From assembly GCA_946965045.2 (NCBI GenBank), contig OX337229.1:3720001-3784000 (forward strand): 64,000 bases of DNA, given 5' to 3'. The notes below the pieces were generated by a model. That model did no database searches and was not told where the DNA came from. It was given only the letters and a program-made list of their open reading frames with translations. This stretch comes from Epithemia pelagica. Its lineage: Eukaryota > Protista > Bacillariophyta. Within the stretch, counting starts at the first letter, position 1; each line of letters starts with the position of its first letter. Positions 49,101 to 56,820 of this stretch are shown here, piece by piece. Made by a program: the position numbers and the translations under genes.

Positions 49101-50728
49101 CATATTCATTGAAGATGCCGACAATAGGTCCATCATTGGTCTCAAACTTTGCGGCACATGTGACGACAGGAAGTCCAGTAAGTTCATGGTTATCAATACC
49201 CACAATAGTGATATGGCGGCCAGTCTTAGAAAGGATGCGCATGTCAGAACCAGCAAGTCCTCCATTAGCACCACGGTCAATCAATTGATTTCCTGGTAAA
49301 GTAGATTTCCTGGAAAACAAATAGCGTGGAACATGTCCTGCTTGTTTATGCATGTTGGCTTTGAAAGTAACCTTCTTGCTTGTCTTGGACTTGGCGTTAG
49401 AAAGAACACTAGTCAGGTCAGTTGCCAGGTGATTGATATCAGTCGTCATGGCTTGGTTGATAAATTGTGTAACCGGATCTGAATCATCTGGATGCTCAGG
49501 GACTACGCCAGGTGAGTCGTCATCAGATGCAACTTGGTTGGGGTCAGGATCAGGTTCCGGATCAATGTCGAGGGCATGTGTTTGCACTTTCCTCGGTGTT
49601 GTGGATGAAGGTGCTTGAATCATCTTGTTATACTCAATGATCAACTTGCGATCTTCTTCAGAAAGTTTGAACCATAGGTCACGCGGTAGACTAACCTTGG
49701 ACGAAGAGGATGGAGATTCAGATGTCGCTTTGGTGTTGTGGACATGATACTCCATATAATCTTGTGAGGTTATGTCAGCATCTGTATCTTGGCCATATAG
49801 TGATTCATGTTGTTTGACATGTCGACGGCGACTATGAACAGATGACTGGGTTGCTTGATCATGGTCATAAGCTGCGTCTAGAAGGAGACGGAAGTATGAT
49901 TGATAGCAAAGGGATTTTGCACCGGATTTGGTGTTCACCACATTATCCAAGATCTTGACTCCGCGGAGATCAGGTACCTTTTCTACAGCTTGCATGAGGA
50001 AGGTCATCCTGGTATGATCAGGGATGCGATCAGACAATGTCACTAGATTGTCTAGCAAACGTAGCTGCTCTTGAAAGTGTAGAAGAAATTGACGTGTTGT
50101 TCCGCGCCATGTGTCGTCAAGACGTAGATTGGAAATGTAGTTGGTTAAACGGAGGACTTCTCGTTTTGCTAGGTCGGATTCGGTATGCAAAGAGTGTAAC
50201 TTCTGCAATACGGCACGCGCATCTTCATCATGTTCATGTTCACGTACATAGGCTCGACCTTGGTCAGTCTGAATGATACGGACAAGAACGGAGTAAAGAA
50301 ATACTTGTTGCTCTTGAAAAAGTTCTTGGGCATACTCATCATCATGGGGTGGTGTGTATTTGAAATTCAGAACGTTGGATAGGCCTTGAGCCTTAGCTGT
50401 AGTCTTGAATACACGCCAGAATCAATCGTAGTATCGTTCATCCTTGAATACCTCATATGCAGTTGCGTCGTAATGTGATGTGAACCCGGATGTACCACGT
50501 GTGCCACGTATGTACCACGTATGTGATATCCGGATGTGTGTTGTGATGTGCGAATCCTGGAAATTTCCGTTGATTCCGACAAATTTTCGCCGAGTTTCAA
50601 CAAATTTTCGCCGAATTTTCGCGATTTGACGGGAATGTGTGGCGTGTTGTGCGACCAAGGGTACCCGGATGTGCGTTGAGTTTAAGTCTTGGAAAGGTTT
50701 TGAGAGGACGGGAGTTAACTATGAGTAA

Positions 50729-51508
50729 TTAAGCTTCGGTCTCCGAATCCCCACTCTCTTCCGAATAATCAGAGTCGTTTCCAGGCTCAGATGGGACAGC
50801 ACAAGCAAGAGAAGAAGGGGTATCACCTTCAGCCAAGTGGTTCTCGACCTCGGTACGCAAAGGGAAGATAGTTGCACGATGGTCCTCGATGGTATGGACC
50901 TCGTGGATGTAGGCGACGTAGTTATCTAGGCGTACAACGTTAGGAGGCAGAGGGCAAGTCGTCGCGTTCACGACGTAGATGGTATTGTAGTATCCAGTTG
51001 GGCGCTCGAAGGTTAGGAAGCGGAGGTGGACAGTACGGATGGGGTTGCCCGAGAGGGCGGCCAAGATGAGGCGACGCCTCGGAGAACAATGAAGTTGGTC
51101 GTTCAGACGGTCAATGTCTTCTTGGTCGACGATGTGGGTCACCGATTGGAACTGGCGTTTGATCTGGGTCTCCCCACGGATGATCTCGGGATCGAAGGTC
51201 GAACAAGTTGGTTGGCGGAAATACTTGATATGATCAGCAATCAACCGGGTGGTACGACGGGATCGAGAAGGGACGAGCCGACGAGGCGGACTCGGGGGCC
51301 GAAGCAACGGCGCAGGGATCGGAGCGTGAGGCTGGGTTGGAGTCTCGAATGGGTTGCTGTTGGAACTGTCGACGGAGATGTTGACCGATGTGTTGGCTGC
51401 CTTCGGCGTCGGCACCAGTTCCTGCTGCACCAGGGTATCGGGCTGCCCGGGATGCAGGTTGGCTCGATAGATCTGTCGTACAGGAGTGATAAGCTTGTTA
51501 GTATCCAT
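50729..51508 (-). CDS. Intact 259-aa ORF of unknown function between the PBS and gag of the copia element
   Basis: ATG 36 nt inside the 5' LTR boundary, same strand as gag-pol, uninterrupted. Pro/Arg-rich N-terminal half, beta-rich C-terminal half, acidic tail. Confidence 0.7.
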   Translation of the reverse strand: MDTNKLITPVRQIYRANLHPGQPDTLVQQELVPTPKAANTSVNISVDSSNSNPFETPTQPHAPIPAPLLRPPSPPRRLVPSRSRRTTRLIADHIKYFRQPTCSTFDPEIIRGETQIKRQFQSVTHIVDQEDIDRLNDQLHCSPRRRLILAALSGNPIRTVHLRFLTFERPTGYYNTIYVVNATTCPLPPNVVRLDNYVAYIHEVHTIEDHRATIFPLRTEVENHLAEGDTPSSLACAVPSEPGNDSDYSEESGDSETEA

Positions 51509-51530
51509 GAAACCACAAGGAAATAAGCTT

Positions 51531-51544
51531 TGAGACTGTTAATC
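51531..51544 (-). promoter_or_regulatory. Primer-binding site candidate GATTAACAGTCTCA, complementary to a tRNA-Asn(GUU) anticodon arm
   Basis: Directly abuts the 5' LTR. The plus strand reads TGAGA-CTGTTAA-TC, i.e. a 5' stem, the canonical Asn anticodon loop and two pairing 3' stem bases. No TGG/CCA-type PBS is present. Confidence 0.65.
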
Positions 51545-52327
51545 TGTTACAATTCTCTTGGAATTGCAGAGGCATTGATGCTCGGTAGAGCAGACAATCA
51601 GGTAGGTCACCAACCGATACAAGCTTCTCAGGGTCAGAGAAGCAAGCAAGTCGAAGTCTATCAGAAGGAAAGTCGGGACACAAAAGAAGATGTGATAAAT
51701 GGTGATATTGTTAGATTGTGTGTTGATTACTACGATAGGTCTACGTGAAATGTTCGGTCCTGCCAAGGGTCATGTGTCATAGGTTCTTGGCGGCAACAGG
51801 TTTGGAATAGTTGGAGTCGATTCATGTGATGTATATGACATGAATATGTGGACGGATAACATATACAGGGTCAACAGCTCTTGCTTTGGGTTGGCATAGT
51901 TGTTTTCGTGGCGCGCAGCTTGTTGACAATTTGGAGATTGTGGGAATGGAAATATGGTCTCGCGTGATCGTGTGTCGTGCTTGGGATACTTAGACCGTTG
52001 GGTCGGATAGATGCCGACAGCGCTCGGATGTCGCTTGGGCGCGCTCGATGATTTCGGGCGCGTACGCTTAGAGCGTTAGTATAATGTCCGAGCAACGGCC
52101 AAATTTACGTCCGTTGTAATACCGCACGACCCAGTTTAGTCTTGAGAGTGAGTTCGTCAATCTATTCTCACTTTTCATGATTTGCGAAGAAATATAGGTC
52201 GATATAGCGCGAAGCTAGGGAACATAGCTCGAAGCTAGATGGCATGATGCGATAGCACGAGGCTATGTGACATGGGGAATCGATGAGATGTAGAATCTAA
52301 CCACCATAGACGGTGAGAATTCTAACA
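51545..52327 (-). repeat. 5' LTR (783 bp)
   Basis: Near-identical to 43263-44045 at offset 8282. Confidence 0.97.
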
Positions 52328-52605
52328 GAAGTATGCCATGGCTCCTTCCCCTTGATCTTACAAACGCCACGGCATTGACTCCAAAATTCATAGATCTTGT
52401 CAGAAGCCAAATAGGAAGGGGCATATGCGCCAGCGTAGGCTTCCACATTCTTCGGCAAGAACGAACCGTACTTGTTCTCTGTAAACGTCACCGTCACACG
52501 ACTCCGAGACTTGCCAGGTTCTTCTTCCTTGGTGACATAGCCACACACTCCCCGACGCTGTCCAGTTAGAGGGACAACTAGATCTCCTAGCTTGAATTTC
52601 ACCAT
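52328..52605 (-). pseudogene. 5' part of the split KOW/SH3-like + coiled-coil gene
   Basis: MVKFKLGDLVVPLTGQRRGVCGYVTKEEEPGKSRSRVTVTF fits a KOW-like pattern. The ORF runs up to the TSD (WHT-S). Confidence 0.75.
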
Positions 52606-52869
52606 TTTTGACTGACTGGTTTATGATAGGTTCCATCCATTGGCTCTTCTGCTTGCGAGCCATTTTAGGGGGAGCGGCTAACGCGCGGTCTAAAATTTAG
52701 AGCCGTCAGGCTCACATTCACATAGACATTTCTATAAACCTTAACTAACGAATAACAGTTGGATGTAGTATACTTAGATAGTAAAGGACGCAGGCCTCTC
52801 CGTAGGCGTGTATCCATCAAAGAGGACCGTAACGACCAAGAGTGAAAAACACGGAAAGACCTCATCACC

Positions 52870-53460
52870 ATGGCGGACCACCGCGAATCAACAATGGCAA
52901 TGCTTGCCCGGATCAAGGCAACCATTGCAAAGGATGACGAAGAAGGACTGCCCACCGACTATCTTTGCGGCTATTTCATTGCATTGAAGGAAGAGTTGGA
53001 AGAAGAGATAGAGGAAGAACGCAACAACCAACAAAAAACCGACGACGACCGTGGCAAAAGCAACGACCAAACCAACAAAACAACGAACAACGGCATCAAC
53101 AGCGCAACTAACAAGGAAGACGAAGAGTCTGTTTCCACATTCCAGAAGATTCTGGACATGGATTTGTCGGACGACAAAGAAAAGGACGACGACAAGGACC
53201 AGGAGGACGACGACAAGGACGACGACCACGACGATCTATTCAAGAAGCTCTGCAAAGAAAGAGACGAAAGCGAGTACAACGATGTAATCACCCAGCTCAA
53301 AGAGTACGAGACTGGCATGATCGTCCTACACTACGGCCGCAAACGTCGTCGCAAGATCCATCCCAACGACCGCCATGTGCCGAAACCACTGAAGCAAACC
53401 ACCATGAAGTCTTTTTTCGGTGATAGCGAAAACAACAAAGGCATTCGGAAGGACGGATAA
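52870..53460 (+). CDS. Acidic 196-aa orphan protein with basic NLS-like YGRKRRRK and a C-terminal PIP box (QTTMKSFF)
   Basis: ATG in CACCATGG context, intronless ORF, D/E-rich centre, Q-x-x-M-x-x-F-F at 53395-53418. Confidence 0.7.
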   Translation: MADHRESTMAMLARIKATIAKDDEEGLPTDYLCGYFIALKEELEEEIEEERNNQQKTDDDRGKSNDQTNKTTNNGINSATNKEDEESVSTFQKILDMDLSDDKEKDDDKDQEDDDKDDDHDDLFKKLCKERDESEYNDVITQLKEYETGMIVLHYGRKRRRKIHPNDRHVPKPLKQTTMKSFFGDSENNKGIRKDG

Positions 53461-54736
53461 GATCTACTAAAATATTGATAGTTATCTCTAAACTTATATA
53501 TATTTTAGTCTTGTGTGGGTTTACTCTGTGGATTGTTGTATCAGAGTGGTAGTGTTGTGTAGAGGAAAATTTTGTCGACGGAATTAGTCCAGACATTCAC
53601 GGACAAATGTGTTCGGGAGGCAAGACCAAGAATAAAACAAGATACAAACAAGACATCTGAACAAGACATCGGAGTCCGACACTATGTGTGACGACGATTT
53701 TGTCTTACTACGACAAAATTGAGTCACTATCAAGACTCATGTTAACGGTTCCAGGTTTGAATCGGATTGTACTGGTCTGGAGGAGGCGGGCGCGGAGGAG
53801 GAGAGCAAGCCTATGAGTTTCGAGCCGAGCCATTACTTCAGTGGGCCAATCTGCAAGATTGGCCCCGTAGTGCGACTACGGTTAACCTGAGCTAAACTCC
53901 AAAATGCCGAGGAAAATAATGCCTCTTTTCTCCCCTTCTTCTTCCTCTCCTTCCCCTTCCCTTTTCGGGGGTGGGGGCTCCTCACAGAAATACACCCTAC
54001 ATGCCACCCCCGCTGGGGCGTGCGAAATGGGGTGGCGGTGGGCAATAATGGGATAATGGGAATGCGTGTTGCTCACTTCCTGGCGAGGCATTTTCACGCA
54101 TGCCTCTAACTTACAAAGGATTAAGAAATAATTAGCTATTAGGCGAGATTATCGCCGGCCACAGCATACACTTCTGTCAGGCGCGCGGCATATGCTAACA
54201 ATTTCTTAGAATTGAAGGCATGCGCTGAGTGAAAAATGAGATCTTCATAAATAAAAATGTCATTTTTCAAAGAATAGTATGTTAGAATAACCGAAACCAG
54301 TAACGCTGCGCATGACGCACTCTTCCAGAGGGTCCTCCCTCCTCCCGTCACCCATTCGCGTTGTTCGCATGCACAAGCCGCATCCCGTCGCACTCACCGT
54401 AACCCGTAGGCCAAAGCCAGTACCACTTTTGTACAACTGTTGGGGCCAGTCAGTGGTTAATACAGAAACTTCCGAGTGTTGTGGTCCACGAAGCGGCGAC
54501 GTCGAGCTGGCGCTCTCAAAACCCAAGATCTCTCGCTTTTTCACGAAGTATCGTGTTTTCCCTTGTAGCAGAATCTCTGGCAAGAACACACAGCTCACGC
54601 ATACGGGCAAGCCCCTCAAGCACATCACATGAGGATGGGGATGGAGAGCTTCTGGCAATTCTCTCAGAGCCCAAATTACCCTTTTCATTCATCGTTCCAT
54701 CTTAGAGGCTCCAGCAGCGCATTTTCAGCTGTAGAC

Positions 54737-55771
54737 ATGGCGATATCGATGGAGAACCCGCAAGACCCGGGTAATGCCGCAGTGGTCCACCGCGAAATTG
54801 AGCCGATGATAAAGCACGAGTCATCGTACAATCTAAAGCGGAAACCGAGTCGAACATTGCTTTATCTTCGGAATAGAGCAAACACAAGCAATGTCACAAT
54901 AGTGGTGCTGAGCGTCTTGTTGGGAGTTCTCCTGTTCCACCGCGTATTTTCATTATATATGTCACACCGCCGTTGGATCAACGCTCCTATCACATACATG
55001 GAGCGCCAATGCCATTCGCCCAACTATGAGACCGTGATGGCGGATACGAGTAGAATATGCATCACAACATTGACTGATTCCAAGTCCACTTCTCGCTATC
55101 AAAGATTCATGCGATGGCGCAACTTTGATGGTATACTTGAACTTACGTGGCAAAACAAAATAGACTATGCGCAAAAGCATGGATACACGCTATTTGACGG
55201 AAGTGACCTCATTGATACAAGTCGACCCCCTGCATGGAGCAAAATATTAGCTGTTGCGCATTTGCTCAACCAGGATGAATGCGACTGGGTAATGTGGACT
55301 GATGCAGACACGGTTGTGATGAACTCGGACCGGAGAATCCAAGACTTTCTACCGACCGATCCAAATAAGCATCTTCTCGTTGTCAGTGATAACGGAGGTG
55401 GCTACAATAGCGGTGTATTTTTGGTAAGAAATACGGATTGGAGCAAGCAGTTCCTACAAGACTGGTGGGATATGAGGAGTTTCGTTCGGCCAGCGGGTAT
55501 GGCTCTGTCGGGAGATAACAATGCTATGAAGGCGCTGCTGAGAGACATGCCCGATTTTGACGAACACGTTCTTTCCCCTTCCAGATGTACATTCAATTCA
55601 TTCGCGAAATTCCTTACGCTTTCAGAGCAAATGAACATCATTAGCCACCTCGACGACCAGCATTGGTACAATTCCCAAGACTACTATCACAAAGGTGACT
55701 TTCTTGCTCACACACCAGGGTATGACAACAAAGTGGACTGTTTGCGTCTCTTACTACAAGAGGCGAGATGA
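54737..55771 (+). CDS. Glycosyltransferase family 34 (GMA12/MNN10-like), type II membrane protein
   Basis: TM (VTIVVLSVLLGVLLF), NKIDYAQKHGY, PPAWSKILAV, WVMWTDADTVVMN (DxD), YNSGVFLVRNTDWS. The ORF also has upstream ATGs from 54629. Confidence 0.9.
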   Translation: MAISMENPQDPGNAAVVHREIEPMIKHESSYNLKRKPSRTLLYLRNRANTSNVTIVVLSVLLGVLLFHRVFSLYMSHRRWINAPITYMERQCHSPNYETVMADTSRICITTLTDSKSTSRYQRFMRWRNFDGILELTWQNKIDYAQKHGYTLFDGSDLIDTSRPPAWSKILAVAHLLNQDECDWVMWTDADTVVMNSDRRIQDFLPTDPNKHLLVVSDNGGGYNSGVFLVRNTDWSKQFLQDWWDMRSFVRPAGMALSGDNNAMKALLRDMPDFDEHVLSPSRCTFNSFAKFLTLSEQMNIISHLDDQHWYNSQDYYHKGDFLAHTPGYDNKVDCLRLLLQEAR

Positions 55772-56820
55772 CCTCTCTACGGTTGCGACAGTTCCCTTCC
55801 TCCGAGCTGTTGTGCACGTTGTTGATATACTGGAGACTTCAGTTTCTGGCAGACCCGCCTCCCAAGAGGCCCTTGAATTCTTTTCTGCAGCTATATGCCG
55901 TGAAGCTCAATGAAGGACGTGATTTTAAGTGTCCTCGATAAGGGTGTGGAAGATTCATTCGAGTTCGAGGAGTACCTAGCTTAGTATGGTTAGTAGTACG
56001 ACTCTATGGAAGTGAATCAGATGCAGGGACTAGGAGTAGGAACTAAGAGCCTCGTTCAGTTTCAAATTTCTTTTGATATTGAAGCAGTACTTATAAGAAT
56101 GTAGCAGTTTGTCCCATCAACCATTTTCGGCCATGAGCACGAACGCAGACCATGTTGCGAGCAAAATTATTTCTTCCGGACGCGTTCAATGTCCATGTTT
56201 CAACTTCTGTAGACAAGCGAACCACACGATAAAAATCCTACACCAAACAAGTTGAGCATTTTTTTACTACGAGAATGGCGGATGGCGGCGGAAATAAACA
56301 AAAATAGGGACAAACCGCTCTCCTTTCTCCAAGTGTTCTGCCAAACCGTTTCAAGCTCAATTCACTGGACAAACCGCAATCCGTTCTCCACTGCCAAATC
56401 TTTTTTCTTCGCCTTCTTCCGGTTGTTGGTTGTTGTGGTTTTACGTTGAGCGCAGTTGAGCGCGAAGAGTGAAGAGTATCATTGGCATGTTTGAGTTCAT
56501 AGTAATTGTTCGACTCGGACCGTTTCGTACGTTTGGCACGATCGCTTGCATGCGAATCTTCTGTCCTAAGTAAAATAAGTCAAGCTGGCCGTCCTCGACA
56601 TCACCACAATTATTTCAACTGCTGGCACAAGGAGAAGCTATCCGTAATCCGACCAATACCGTTTCCGCCCCCGCTTTTTCCATATTCTAGAGGAAAAGTA
56701 TCAGAAGATGAGACTATTCCTTATTCGAAATTTGCCAACGAAGATGCTCCTAGAATAAAAAGAAAATAGATCGCTACATGGATAAAAATGGTAACAGTGC
56801 TACTTCAAGAAACAGAGGCT

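Larger units (their letters stand above)
44040..50470 (-). pseudogene. Copia gag-pol: truncated gag, aspartic protease, integrase, chromodomain-like tail, RT, RNase H
   Basis: Gag DATAYEVFKDERYYD*FWRVF; protease LIDRGANGG; integrase DSVFSD..ISDG..E; RT ADIGNAYLEA, LYGLKSSG, YVDDL; RNase H YVDAN..GSEFVAAR..GDN. In-frame TGA at 50422-50424 and 47719-47721. No gag ATG. Frameshifting duplications in RNase H. Confidence 0.95.
43263..52327 (-). mobile_element. Ty1/copia LTR retrotransposon of the diatom CoDi type, 9065 bp, with both LTRs and TSD; coding region defective
   Basis: Two 783-bp LTRs (TGTTA...TAACA), 5-bp TSD GAAGT at 43258-43262 and 52328-52332, PR-INT-RT-RH domain order on the minus strand. 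Confidence 0.97.

Noticed and set aside
43293-52095. Short ORFs duplicated at 43.3-43.8 kb and 51.5-52.1 kb
   Set aside because: They lie within the LTRs, one is altered by an LTR substitution, and they have no protein-like features.
37820-53705. Endogenous virus or Polinton-like virus interpretation of the YR plus small-ORF cassette
   Set aside because: No capsid, packaging ATPase, protease or polymerase/primase motif is recognisable, and the YR has spliceosomal introns and a GCR1_C-like tail. It would be revived only if ORF2 models as a jelly-roll.
53843-53900. GC-rich hairpins as a Helitron 3' end
   Set aside because: No CTRR terminus at the expected distance on either strand, and no Rep/helicase nearby.
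37301-54296. Shared 12-mer GAATAACCGAAA at 37301 and 54285 as element termini
   Set aside because: The similarity does not extend on either side. One 12-mer match is too weak.
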